Shown here: one piece after another, positions 9,801-19,322 of the stretch | Numbering within the stretch: the first letter of the stretch is position 1 | Layout of the letters: every line of letters starts with the position of its first letter | The notes under the pieces: generated by a model | Databases searched by the model: none | What the model saw: the letters and a program-made list of their open reading frames with translations, nothing else | What the model was told of the DNA's origin: nothing | Assembly (NCBI GenBank): GCA_965140445.1 | Contig: OZ223236.1 | Span: 1,760,001 to 1,824,000 of the forward strand | Length of the DNA stretch: 64,000 nt | Direction of reading: 5' to 3' | DNA from: Candidatus Ozemobacteraceae bacterium | GTDB lineage: Bacteria > Muiribacteriota > Ozemobacteria > Ozemobacterales > Ozemobacteraceae | Program-made: the position numbers and the translations under genes

Positions 9801-12065
9801 TTGTCTGGATCAACAGGATTAAGGGCCAGTGGTTTTTGGCTTCTAAAGTCGTGTACACGAAAATTAGTGGGCTTTATTGCTCATGAGGATTCGAAGCTAA
9901 GAGGTGAGGGTGCAAAAGCTCTCGGTAAGATTGGTGATCCAGAAGTCGTTGAACATCTTGTTAGTGCTTTACTAAAAGAGAAGCAAGATGAGCAATTGCC
10001 TCTAGCTCTTGCTGAAATAGGTGATAAAAGTGCTCTAAATCCTCTTTTGGATGCTTTTGCTGAAGCAGACCGGGATGTGCGCCCAAATATTGCCATTGCT
10101 TTGGGGGCTTTTCATGACAGATCAGCTGTTTCAGCGCTAATTAATGCTTTAACAGATCTGGACCCAAATGTAAGATACAGTTGTATAACATCCCTGGGAA
10201 AACTTAAAGACCCTTCTGCTGTTTCTCATCTTCTTGGCTGTCTTGGAGAGAGTAATGAGTGGATATTTTTAAATGTAGTTGATTCCTTAGCCAAAATTGG
10301 CGATCACAGAGCAACAAATCCGCTTGTGGCATTTTTCTTAAAAGAGAGAAATGAGCGAAAGAGGGCTTCCATTGTTACAGCGTTTGGACAGATCAAAGAT
10401 CTAACAGCTGTTCCAACTTTGACAAAAGCTTTAAAAGATTCTGACGATAGAGTTAAGGCTAATGCGATTGAAAGCATTTCCTGGTTAGGTTTGCCGCCAG
10501 AAAAAGCTTTGTCGTTGATACAGCCTTTTATTCGGCATCCAAACAATCGTGTGCGTGGAAATGCAATGGTAGCAGTTGCCAAGCTTGGAAATCATGATCT
10601 GGAACCAGCAATGAGAAACATGCTTGATGACCCGGATAAGTGGATTCGGGCAACTCTCGGCTACGTTTTATCTGTAGTTGATCATTCAAAAGGCATGGAA
10701 TTAATTATTGAGTTACTTAAGGATGAAGATCCTTATGTTAGGAAAAATGCTTCTCTTGCTCTGGGAATGAAAGCAAAGGACGCACAAACAGAACACTTGC
10801 TTAAGATGCTTGGGGATGAAATTCCATTTGTCAGGCTTCAGGCGGTAATATCTCTTGGGAAGCTTAAAGTTTCTTCGGCTGTGCCATGGCTGGTGAAGAT
10901 GTTAAAAACAGACAGAAATTTTAAGATCAGATCTGCGGTCGTAACTTCTCTAGGTAAGATTGGAGACCGAGCAGCGGTTTCTATTTTGCAAAATGCCCTT
11001 AGAGACAGGGATTCCAGGGTCAGAGCAAACTCTGTTGAGGCCCTGGAAATAATTCTTGGTGAATCTTCCATAAATCTTTTAAAACCTTTATTAAAAGATA
11101 ACGACAATAGAACTCGATCAAATGCAGCCAAAGCTTTGTTTAAACTGGGTGATGTTGATGTTTTATCTGAACTTGAAAAGATGCTTGATTCAAAGGAAAT
11201 TTCGACCAAGATTTCTGCTGCTTACACTCTCGGGCAGATCGGAGTTGCGTTGCGGGATCTAGAAAAAACTCCGCTGGATAATTCCCTAAAGAGTAGTCTT
11301 GGGAAGGTTGCTACGCCAGATAAGAGTGCAAATCAAGATCTCAAGCCATCGCCTGACAAGCCGAAATCAATTTCAGAAAAAGAAGAAATTCCTGAGACTC
11401 GAGAGAAGCTTAAAGAAAAATTCCTGGAGCTTTTTAAAAGCGGACAATTAAAAAAGTCACTGGAATTGGCGGAAGTTTTTCTTTCCAGGTATCCTCATGA
11501 TCTTTCGGCGAATTTTTTCGTTGGTAACCTCAATATGCAATTGAGCAAATTTGAAGAAGCAATTGATTATTTTAAAAAAGCGATTGAACTGGATCCATTT
11601 CATATTCAAGCTCATAGTAATTTGGGAGTGGCTTGTTATCGAAGTGGAAATATCAATGAAGCCATTCACTATTTTAATCAGGTTTTAAAGCTCAAACCAG
11701 ATTTATCATCGATTCGCTTTAATCTTGCTAACCTCTATTTAAAAGCAAATAAATGGGCGGATTCGATTTGGCAATTTGAAGAGGGAATAAAGTATAAATC
11801 GCCAGATGCAAAGGTTTTGGGCAATCTGGGATTTGCTTATCAAAAGACAGGAAACTATGAAAAAGCGGTCGAGGTTTATAAAAAAGCTAATTCTCTTGAT
11901 CCAAAAGACCCGGGAATCTATTACAACTGGTCTTTAATTATGGCAAGGCTTGGTAACAAAAGAGAGGCTATTTCTTTGTTACAGCGTGCTTTGCTTGAAG
12001 TGCCAGTTGCTTCACCGAGTTTAAAATCGCTTAGAGACTTAAGCGATAGATTAAAGGCAAGTTAA
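9801..12065 (+). CDS. HEAT (PBS-lyase-type) repeat plus TPR repeat protein
   Basis: Many LxDxDxxVRxxAxxALG repeats followed by TPRs (AHSNLGVACY, LGNLGFAYQKTG); GGAGG RBS before TTG start. Confidence 0.85.
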   Translation: MSGSTGLRASGFWLLKSCTRKLVGFIAHEDSKLRGEGAKALGKIGDPEVVEHLVSALLKEKQDEQLPLALAEIGDKSALNPLLDAFAEADRDVRPNIAIALGAFHDRSAVSALINALTDLDPNVRYSCITSLGKLKDPSAVSHLLGCLGESNEWIFLNVVDSLAKIGDHRATNPLVAFFLKERNERKRASIVTAFGQIKDLTAVPTLTKALKDSDDRVKANAIESISWLGLPPEKALSLIQPFIRHPNNRVRGNAMVAVAKLGNHDLEPAMRNMLDDPDKWIRATLGYVLSVVDHSKGMELIIELLKDEDPYVRKNASLALGMKAKDAQTEHLLKMLGDEIPFVRLQAVISLGKLKVSSAVPWLVKMLKTDRNFKIRSAVVTSLGKIGDRAAVSILQNALRDRDSRVRANSVEALEIILGESSINLLKPLLKDNDNRTRSNAAKALFKLGDVDVLSELEKMLDSKEISTKISAAYTLGQIGVALRDLEKTPLDNSLKSSLGKVATPDKSANQDLKPSPDKPKSISEKEEIPETREKLKEKFLELFKSGQLKKSLELAEVFLSRYPHDLSANFFVGNLNMQLSKFEEAIDYFKKAIELDPFHIQAHSNLGVACYRSGNINEAIHYFNQVLKLKPDLSSIRFNLANLYLKANKWADSIWQFEEGIKYKSPDAKVLGNLGFAYQKTGNYEKAVEVYKKANSLDPKDPGIYYNWSLIMARLGNKREAISLLQRALLEVPVASPSLKSLRDLSDRLKAS

Positions 12066-12075
12066 TTTTGGGGAG

Positions 12076-13236
12076 ATGCATATGGAAAATCGTGTAATGA
12101 CAATAATGTTTATGGATATGCAGGGCTATACAAAGCGAAGTGCCGGGCAGACCATAGAAGAAATGAAGTTGTTTCATGACCAGATGCAGGCTTTTGTAAA
12201 TGACATAGTAAAAAACTGGGACGGGGTTTTGATAAAATCTCTGGGCGATGGATTTATGGTGAGATTTGAATCACCAACTAATGCCGTTCAGGCAGGTCTG
12301 GAGATCCAAAAGAAGTTAGATTCAAGAAATGCGCAAATGTTGAATCCAGATAGTATTGTCAGGTTCAGGGTTGGAATTAATACTGGCGAAGTGGGGATTG
12401 ATGAAAGCGGAGACTTGTTTGGAGATCCTGTAAATATAGCTGCCAGAATTCAGACTTTTGCTGACACCAATGATGTTTTCATTGCAGAATCAACGTATTT
12501 AGCAATGAACCGAAATGAATTTGGAGCTGTGGATCTTGGAAATCAGGATTTAAAGAATGCCACCAGAGAAATAAAAATTTATAAAGTATTGAAAAAAGGT
12601 TCGCCTGGAGTCGTTTTATCTGGCGGTAAGTCTTCGGATTCTGATGGGCCCCATAAAAATAGAAATGTTATGATTGCTGGAGTTGTTGGGGTTGTGTTTT
12701 TATCACTGCTTCTTGGCTTTTATTTTGGCAATAGAAGAGCACAAAAGGGAAAAGCCCAAAAAGGCAATCCAGGGATTAGTAAGGTTGTACAGCCTGTTTC
12801 TGATGCTTCAAGCACTTTAGACAGTAGCAAGTCTGTTTCTAGTAATGGAACCGAAGATTCTGGAAATGGAAGTACTGAAGTTTCCGAAAATTTAAAAAAG
12901 GCTGCTTCAATTAAAAAAACTTTGTTGGATCTTGATCCATCTGATCCTAAACTTCCTTTTGCCAGAGTTGGACGGGGATTTTTTAAAGAAGTTCAAGATA
13001 TGAGGAATAGTAAGGATTATGGCAGTGCAATAAAGGCCGCTACTGGTCATCTCAAAAATGCTCGAAGTAAAACACAAAAATTACCATGGGCTCTTATTGT
13101 TTCGCAGCTTTATTGGGAGAATGGGCAGAAATCTGAAGCTGAAAAGATTTTCAGTAACATTAGATCGAAGGTGAAGAGCTCTCCAAAATTGGCGGAAAAA
13201 ATAGAGTCGGCGATTTCTCAAATCCAATTGGATTAA
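12076..13236 (+). CDS. class III adenylate cyclase with one TM helix and a C-terminal extracytoplasmic domain
   Basis: IMFMDMQGYT, IKSLGDGFM, RVGINTG, DLFGDPVNIAARIQ; K/D specificity pair indicates ATP; TM at about aa 199-218. Confidence 0.88.
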   Translation: MHMENRVMTIMFMDMQGYTKRSAGQTIEEMKLFHDQMQAFVNDIVKNWDGVLIKSLGDGFMVRFESPTNAVQAGLEIQKKLDSRNAQMLNPDSIVRFRVGINTGEVGIDESGDLFGDPVNIAARIQTFADTNDVFIAESTYLAMNRNEFGAVDLGNQDLKNATREIKIYKVLKKGSPGVVLSGGKSSDSDGPHKNRNVMIAGVVGVVFLSLLLGFYFGNRRAQKGKAQKGNPGISKVVQPVSDASSTLDSSKSVSSNGTEDSGNGSTEVSENLKKAASIKKTLLDLDPSDPKLPFARVGRGFFKEVQDMRNSKDYGSAIKAATGHLKNARSKTQKLPWALIVSQLYWENGQKSEAEKIFSNIRSKVKSSPKLAEKIESAISQIQLD

Positions 13237-13264
13237 TTAATTTTGGGATAGCTTTATTTTGGAT

Positions 13265-13300
13265 AAAAAAAAGGTCTGAATCTATGATTCAGACCTTTTT
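13265..13300. terminator. bidirectional intrinsic terminator
   Basis: A8-GGTCTGAATC-TAT-GATTCAGACC-T5 between convergent genes. Confidence 0.9.
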
Positions 13301-13309
13301 GCTTAAATG

Positions 13310-13885
13310 TTAAGCAAGGTTCCATCCAGCATCAAATGCTTTTCTATTTAACTCGAGAAATTTTTGTGGAACTTTTTCATCAATTAGTTTTTTCCAGATT
13401 GATTCACCAATTTGTGGAACTTTTCTTGCAAGAACTCCCAGAAGCACTACATTCAGGCACTTTTGATTGCCAAGTTCTTTTGCTTTTCCTATGGCATCAA
13501 CAGAGATAACATTTGCAGAAAGACTTGCAATTTTCTCAATGATTTTCTCTGGGTATTTGGAATCTCCAGCAGAGACCGACATTGGCATAATGTTTTGTGC
13601 ATTGGTAAGAATGATTCCGTCTGGTTTGAGGAACTCAGACCATCTAAGGGCTTCAAGTTCTTCAAAAGCTAGTAAGATATCACATTCACCTTTTCTGATG
13701 ATTGGAGAATCAATTTTTTCGCCGAATCTTACATGGCTTACAACGCTTCCGCCTCTTTGAGCCATACCGTGAATCTCAGACTTTTTGACATCAAAACCTG
13801 CTTCCATTGCACACTCTGCAAGAAGATTGCTCGCCAGAAGGGTTCCCTGGCCACCAACTCCGCATAATAAAATATTGGTTGTCAT
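13310..13885 (-). CDS. iorB: indolepyruvate ferredoxin oxidoreductase beta subunit
   Basis: NILLCGVGGQG, SEIHGMAQRGGSVVSHVRFG, LNRKAF; start placed at ATG 13885 after GGAGG. Confidence 0.95.
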   Translation of the reverse strand: MTTNILLCGVGGQGTLLASNLLAECAMEAGFDVKKSEIHGMAQRGGSVVSHVRFGEKIDSPIIRKGECDILLAFEELEALRWSEFLKPDGIILTNAQNIMPMSVSAGDSKYPEKIIEKIASLSANVISVDAIGKAKELGNQKCLNVVLLGVLARKVPQIGESIWKKLIDEKVPQKFLELNRKAFDAGWNLA

Positions 13886-13886
13886 A

Positions 13887-15659
13887 TTAGTCCTCCTTCT
13901 GGGTGATTGCGCCTGGGCGGCAAACATTTGCACAAAGTCCACAATGAACGCAAAGGGTTGAGTTGATCATGGTTTTTCCATCTTCAGGATTTACTTCGAT
14001 TGCAGGGCAGCCAAGTTTCCAGCACATTCCGCATTTAACACATTTATCTCTATTGATAGAGACAAGCTTAATTTCTGGTTTATAATCCTTTAAAAGGAAG
14101 CATGGTCTTCTGGCAATAATTACTGAAGGTTCTTCGTCTTGAAGCGCTTCTTTTAATACTGATTCAACTTGTTTTAGATCAAACGGATCAACGGTGTGAA
14201 CATTCGTAACACCAGTTGCTTTACAAACTGCTTCGATATCCAGGACTTTTGTTTTTTCACCTTTGAGTGTTTTACCACTGGCAGGGTTTGGTTGATGCCC
14301 GGTCATTGCAGTAATTGAGTTGTCCAAAATAAAGGTAACATGGCGTCCCTTATTGTAAACGGTATCAATAAGACCAGTTATTCCAGAGTGCATAAATGTG
14401 GACTCGCCCATAACTGCCACAAGCTTTCCATGTATTTTTTCTTTCATGGCTTTTTCCAGGCCGAGGGAATTAGTTATTGAAGCTCCCATACATACAATCG
14501 TATGCATAGCATTGTGGGGGGCAAAAGCTCCAAGGCTATAACATCCTATGTCTCCAGTTACAATGCATTTTAGTTTTCTAAGCGTGTAAAATACTCCGCG
14601 GTGGGGGCATCCAGGGCAAAGAACTGGAGGCCTGACTGGAACTTCCACATCTGTTTTTCCTAAGCTTTTCGGGGCTTCTTTGGAAACAAATTCTTTTAAG
14701 GAGTCCTGGATAATATCAGGATTCAATTCGCCACAGACTGGTATTCTGTCTTTACCAATACATTTTATACCGAGGGCTCTGACTTCTTGTTCCATGAAAG
14801 GGTCATTTTCTTCAATGACGATAAGAGTTTCTACTGATTCAGCAAACTTCTTTACTATCTCTGCTGGGAAAGGATTGGTTAACCCTAATTTTAGAAAACT
14901 GGCGTCTGGAAAAATTTCTTTTGCGTGGCAATAGCTTATTCCAGAAGTAATAATACCAACTTTTTTGTCGCCTTCTTCAATTTTATTCCAAGGGCAATCG
15001 CTTCCTAAAACAGCAAGCTTTTTCATGCGTTCTTCAACTTTTACATGGAGCTTTCTGGCATTGTGAGGAAGAACGCAGTATTTGCTCATATTCTGAACAA
15101 ATTCTCTTTTTGGTTCTTCTTCTCTTTCACCTAGTTCAACAATTCCTTCAGAATGTGAGATTCTAGTGGTTGTTCTTATCATGACCGGCGTGTCATATTC
15201 TTCTGAAATCTTAATGGCAGCTTTTGTCATGTCTTTGGCTTCCTGACTGTTGGAAGGCTCAAACAAAGGCATTTTTGCCATTCTTGAGTAGAATCTATTG
15301 TCCTGCTCATTCTGAGAGCTATGCATGCCTGGATCATCGGCAGTAACAATTACAAGACCAGCGTTGACACCGGTATAAGCTACCGTAAAAAATGGATCTG
15401 CTGCGACGTTTAGGCCAACATGTTTTTGCGCACAAAGTGACCTGGCTCCGCCATAGCATGAACCTATTACGGTCTCCATTGCGGTTTTTTCATTTACTGA
15501 CCATTGAGCGTCAATTTCGTCGTAAGTTCCGATGTACTCTAGAATCTCTGTTGATGGAGTTCCTGGATAGGCAGCGGCGAATCTAATTCCGGCCTCATAG
15601 GCTCCCCTGGCTATTGCAGCATTCCCAGAGAGAAAAGCTTTTTGCCGTTTGGTAGTCAT
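13887..15659 (-). CDS. iorA: indolepyruvate ferredoxin oxidoreductase alpha subunit
   Basis: GNAAIARGA, YPGTPSTEI, KHVGLNVAAD, DDPGMHSSQNEQD, RPPVLCPGCPH, GDIGCY, C-terminal 2x[4Fe-4S] Cys motifs. Confidence 0.96.
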   Translation of the reverse strand: MTTKRQKAFLSGNAAIARGAYEAGIRFAAAYPGTPSTEILEYIGTYDEIDAQWSVNEKTAMETVIGSCYGGARSLCAQKHVGLNVAADPFFTVAYTGVNAGLVIVTADDPGMHSSQNEQDNRFYSRMAKMPLFEPSNSQEAKDMTKAAIKISEEYDTPVMIRTTTRISHSEGIVELGEREEEPKREFVQNMSKYCVLPHNARKLHVKVEERMKKLAVLGSDCPWNKIEEGDKKVGIITSGISYCHAKEIFPDASFLKLGLTNPFPAEIVKKFAESVETLIVIEENDPFMEQEVRALGIKCIGKDRIPVCGELNPDIIQDSLKEFVSKEAPKSLGKTDVEVPVRPPVLCPGCPHRGVFYTLRKLKCIVTGDIGCYSLGAFAPHNAMHTIVCMGASITNSLGLEKAMKEKIHGKLVAVMGESTFMHSGITGLIDTVYNKGRHVTFILDNSITAMTGHQPNPASGKTLKGEKTKVLDIEAVCKATGVTNVHTVDPFDLKQVESVLKEALQDEEPSVIIARRPCFLLKDYKPEIKLVSINRDKCVKCGMCWKLGCPAIEVNPEDGKTMINSTLCVHCGLCANVCRPGAITQKED

Positions 15660-15761
15660 TCCTTTCTCCTTTTATCTATTTTGTTGGAAAGAGTATAACA
15701 TAAAATTGCATATATCTTTATTTTGATGATATAGGTATAAGAGGAAAAAACGGAGAAACAT

Positions 15762-16769
15762 ATGAAGATATTAGTAACTGGTGCCGCTGGTTTTATTGGT
15801 TTTAATTTGTCAAAAAAGCTCCTAGAACGTGGAGACGAGGTTGTTGGATTTGATTGTGTCAATGATTATTATGATCCAAATTTAAAAAGAGACAGACTGG
15901 AAATTCTAAGTAGAAATGGGAATTTTTCCTTTTTTGAGGAAAATTTAGTCGATAAAAAGGCTATTGAGAAAGTTTTTCTGAAGCATGATTTTGATAGAGT
16001 AGTAAATCTTGCTGCTCAAGCTGGAGTTAGATATAGCCTGGAGAACCCTCAAGCCTATATTGATTCCAACATTGTTGGATTTTTGAATATACTTGAAGCT
16101 TGTCGACATGCTGAAACTCCTCATCTGTCTTATGCCTCTTCAAGCTCTGTATATGGCTCAAACACCGCAATGCCATTTTCTGTTCATGACAATGTTGATC
16201 ATCCAGTTTCACTCTATGCTGCCTCAAAGAAATCAAATGAATTAATGGCCCATACTTATTCTCATTTGTTTAATTTGCCGACTACCGGATTGAGGTTTTT
16301 CACGGTTTATGGGCCTTATGGCCGGCCAGATATGGCACTGTTTTTGTTTACAAAGGCCATTTTGGAAGGCAATCCAATTAAGGTTTTTAATTATGGAAAA
16401 ATGGAACGTGATTTTACATATATTGATGACATTGTTGAAGGCGTGATTCGCGTTACAGATAAAATCCCTGTTGGCAATCCAAACTGGTCAGGAGACAGAC
16501 CTGATCCGGCAACAAGCAGAGCTCCATATAAGGTTTACAATATAGGTAATAACAGCCCGGTTCCTTTAATGAGATTTATTGAAATAATTGAGGAGAAACT
16601 TGGAAGAAAAGCAGAGAAAGAAATGCTCCCAATTCAGGCTGGCGACGTGCCGAAAACTTATGCGAATGTTCAGGACTTGATGGATGACGTTGGATTTAAG
16701 CCTGCCACACCTTTAGAAGAAGGGGTGGGGAAGTTTATTGACTGGTATAGGGAATATTATAAAGTTTAA
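15762..16769 (+). CDS. UDP-glucuronate 4-epimerase (CapI/LpsL-type extended SDR)
   Basis: [59 protein letters not shown]. Confidence 0.92.
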   Translation: MKILVTGAAGFIGFNLSKKLLERGDEVVGFDCVNDYYDPNLKRDRLEILSRNGNFSFFEENLVDKKAIEKVFLKHDFDRVVNLAAQAGVRYSLENPQAYIDSNIVGFLNILEACRHAETPHLSYASSSSVYGSNTAMPFSVHDNVDHPVSLYAASKKSNELMAHTYSHLFNLPTTGLRFFTVYGPYGRPDMALFLFTKAILEGNPIKVFNYGKMERDFTYIDDIVEGVIRVTDKIPVGNPNWSGDRPDPATSRAPYKVYNIGNNSPVPLMRFIEIIEEKLGRKAEKEMLPIQAGDVPKTYANVQDLMDDVGFKPATPLEEGVGKFIDWYREYYKV

Positions 16770-16807
16770 AAAAAAGCCTCTGGAGAATCTCCAGAGGCTT
16801 TTTTTTT
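16768..16807. terminator. bidirectional intrinsic terminator
   Basis: A8-GCCTCTGGAG-AAT-CTCCAGAGGC-T9. Confidence 0.92.
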
Positions 16808-19247
16808 ATGCTGAGAGGTTTTCCCTATAGAAGTTCTCCCATAGTTCTTTTTCTTCATTCATTATGTAAAGAGAAATTCTGTCTCTAATCAATCTTACTG
16901 TAAAGTCTATCAAATCCCGAGTTTCTGGTTTTGTCATTCCTTCTGGAGTGTAAATTAGTAGCGCTCCTAATAGTCTGTTTCCATTTTTTAGAGGGAAAGC
17001 GTTTAGGACTTTATCTTCTTCTCGTTCATTGATAGTTGCTTTATGGTTTGGATTTTCCTTAATGGTTTCAAAAACTTTTTCTTCCAGCTGGTTTAGTTCC
17101 AGTTGTTTTGATTTGTCAAGGCGAGATAGAACTTCAAAGCTTTCATCATTGTGAGTTCTCACTAATATCGCGTCTTGAACTTTGCCAAATTTTCCCAACT
17201 CAAAAATCAGTTTTCCAAAAGGATGCATATCTTCTTCAGGATCACAGGTGACCATAGTTTTTATACTGTCTAGCTGTGTGTGTAAATATGCAATTGTTGA
17301 ATTCAATTTGAGGTTTTTGTCCTGGAGCTCTTTGTTGCTTATAGCAGCCTTAAGTGTTGCTGCTGAATGCTTCAAGTAGTAGTTCAGCATTTTAATCATG
17401 GCTTCCGGGTTTTCTTCCTGCCCAAATCTTTCCAGCATCATCATTCCAAGAATTTTGCCTTCATGTCTAACTGGAACATAGGCTACAAGACGGTGCATTG
17501 ATCCATTGGAAATAGACATAGAAGCTGAGTTTTCATTGTTTATCTGAGCCTGGACAACGACGGGTCTACCTTCATTCAAAACAGGATTCAAAGCGCTGGG
17601 ATTCCGTCTGGGCAGATCAAGTAATCTTGGAGAGGCTTTTCTTGTATCAAGAATTTCGTTAACTCTCATAGGAGTTTCACTACTGTTAAATACATGTAAA
17701 CAAGTGTTATCAAGCTTGAACAAAGTTCTTGCTTTAGATTCTATTAGAGAAGTTAAATCCTCAATCTTGTCGCAGACATTCAAGAGTTCACTAATTTCGT
17801 CTAAAATCATTTGTTTATATTTAAGATCAGAGGTTAACTCGTCATTTGCAGACTTTAAGCTTGCAACTTCTGCCATAAGACTGGAGATTTTATTCGCCTG
17901 GTTAGTTTCGTTTTCGTTCATCTCGCGAACTTTTTGATTTAAAATCTCTATCTCAATAGCTCTTTCATTAGCTGTTTTTAGCGTTTCTTCATAGGCTTGA
18001 CGATTTTCTTTATTTTCAAGGGAGGTGCGTTCAAGGTTAATTCTTGTTTCTGCGATCTCCTTTTTCAAAGATTCTACTTTTTTTCTTAAGTAAAGAGTTT
18101 CTGTTTGTTCTTCTATTACCATCAGAATCTTTGTTGTTTCATCGCAGTCGCTGAATGCAAACAGCTTGCAAGAGAATCTATGTTCCGTACCTTCTTTAGA
18201 AGTGATTTTTACCTTGTCGATAGATCTTTTATTGCCGCCTGTATATACAGATTGCATTAAGTAGCCTATACCGTATTGCTCCATTTCCGGAATAACTTTA
18301 AAAACATTTTTTCCCGCAAGGTCAGATGGGAGAATGCCGTTACGGTCAATTTTTACCCTTTCAACATTTCCCTCTGAATCAAGTATCATCCATCCTGCAG
18401 AAGTTTGCTCTGCTGCAAAGGTTGAGGAAATGGCTTTTGTTCTGCTTTTATATAAAAGGTCATTTAGGAAATAGATTCTTTCTTTAAAAACAGAAGTGAG
18501 CTTGTGGGCAAGGTAGGTAGTTGCGGAAAACGCAATAAGCATTATAAAAGCGTTTGACGCAATCCAACCCGTGCACTGACTAAGGTCACCGAAGCTTGGT
18601 GAATAAAATTTGATGTGGGGAAGAACCTTGTAGCTTACTAACAGGCTGGTTGTAATGTAAGCTGCAACAGTTAAAAATGAATAAATTCCACCAGTTCTAA
18701 ATCCCATCACTGAACCGGCAACTACTACTGGTACAACGGCCAGATAAGTCATGGGGCTTTCAGTCGTTCCGGTAAATCTGGTTAAAAGAGTTATGATTAA
18801 CAAGTCGAATATGACTTGCGTATGCATAACATTCTTTAATGACAAAAGATTGAACGAGACATCTTTTAGTGCTTCTAACAGCATTAAATACAGAATAGAA
18901 AATAGTTTCAATACTCCGATTGGTATTGCAGCCAGCGATTTGATACCTTTTTCTCTAAGATCATGAAGATGTCTTGATATGAAGAAAACCAGGTAACGCT
19001 TGAGTCCAGATAAACCCTTTGTTAAAACCATTTGACGAGAAAGGGCTGAAAAATGAACTGTAAAAAACACGTTCAAAAGTGCTAGAACGCAACAAAGTAC
19101 ATATATTGGAGCAATTTGAAAACTCATTCCAAAAAGATTTCTGGAAATGAGACTAAAACCGAAAATGATGGGTATGCTTGCCCACCTAAGGGTAATTAAC
19201 CCTTTTGCAATCTGAAGTTCCCTTAAGCCGGAGCGGTTGCTTCTCAT
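16806..19247 (-). CDS. multi-pass membrane protein with PAS-like, coiled-coil and GAF-like regions and no recognisable output domain
   Basis: About 6 TMs (LITLRW...QVIFDLLIITLLTRFTGTTESP, a PilS/RegB-like input pattern), PAS-like segment, long heptads, AYVPVRHEGKILGMMML and AFPLKNGNRLLGALLI GAF-like strands; start placed at ATG 19247 after GGAGG. Confidence 0.7.
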   Translation of the reverse strand: MRSNRSGLRELQIAKGLITLRWASIPIIFGFSLISRNLFGMSFQIAPIYVLCCVLALLNVFFTVHFSALSRQMVLTKGLSGLKRYLVFFISRHLHDLREKGIKSLAAIPIGVLKLFSILYLMLLEALKDVSFNLLSLKNVMHTQVIFDLLIITLLTRFTGTTESPMTYLAVVPVVVAGSVMGFRTGGIYSFLTVAAYITTSLLVSYKVLPHIKFYSPSFGDLSQCTGWIASNAFIMLIAFSATTYLAHKLTSVFKERIYFLNDLLYKSRTKAISSTFAAEQTSAGWMILDSEGNVERVKIDRNGILPSDLAGKNVFKVIPEMEQYGIGYLMQSVYTGGNKRSIDKVKITSKEGTEHRFSCKLFAFSDCDETTKILMVIEEQTETLYLRKKVESLKKEIAETRINLERTSLENKENRQAYEETLKTANERAIEIEILNQKVREMNENETNQANKISSLMAEVASLKSANDELTSDLKYKQMILDEISELLNVCDKIEDLTSLIESKARTLFKLDNTCLHVFNSSETPMRVNEILDTRKASPRLLDLPRRNPSALNPVLNEGRPVVVQAQINNENSASMSISNGSMHRLVAYVPVRHEGKILGMMMLERFGQEENPEAMIKMLNYYLKHSAATLKAAISNKELQDKNLKLNSTIAYLHTQLDSIKTMVTCDPEEDMHPFGKLIFELGKFGKVQDAILVRTHNDESFEVLSRLDKSKQLELNQLEEKVFETIKENPNHKATINEREEDKVLNAFPLKNGNRLLGALLIYTPEGMTKPETRDLIDFTVRLIRDRISLYIMNEEKELWENFYRENLSA

Positions 19248-19288
19248 CGCGCCTCCTGCAGCTGACAAAATTGGTATAGGTCAAGCTA

Positions 19289-19315
19289 CTATCGGCATAA
19301 ATGATCACCAATTTA
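19289..19315 (-). promoter_or_regulatory. sigma28/FliA-type promoter
   Basis: Minus strand TAAA-N15-GCCGATAG, about 40 nt upstream of ATG 19247. Confidence 0.7.
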
Positions 19316-19322
19316 ACCTGTT

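Noticed and set aside
9801..13236. Cyclase plus repeat protein as a Pycsar/CBASS-like defence system
   Set aside because: The cyclase has ATP-type specificity residues and a TM/external domain, there is no adjacent cNMP-gated effector, and the context is housekeeping
15656..15862. 68-aa minus-strand ORF upstream of iorA
   Set aside because: Overlaps the epimerase start and the divergent promoter region; composition looks non-coding
9720..16807. Shared GGAGAATC core in two terminator hairpins as a possible repeat family or CRISPR remnant
   Set aside because: Stems differ, copies are 7 kb apart, and both are explained as intrinsic terminators
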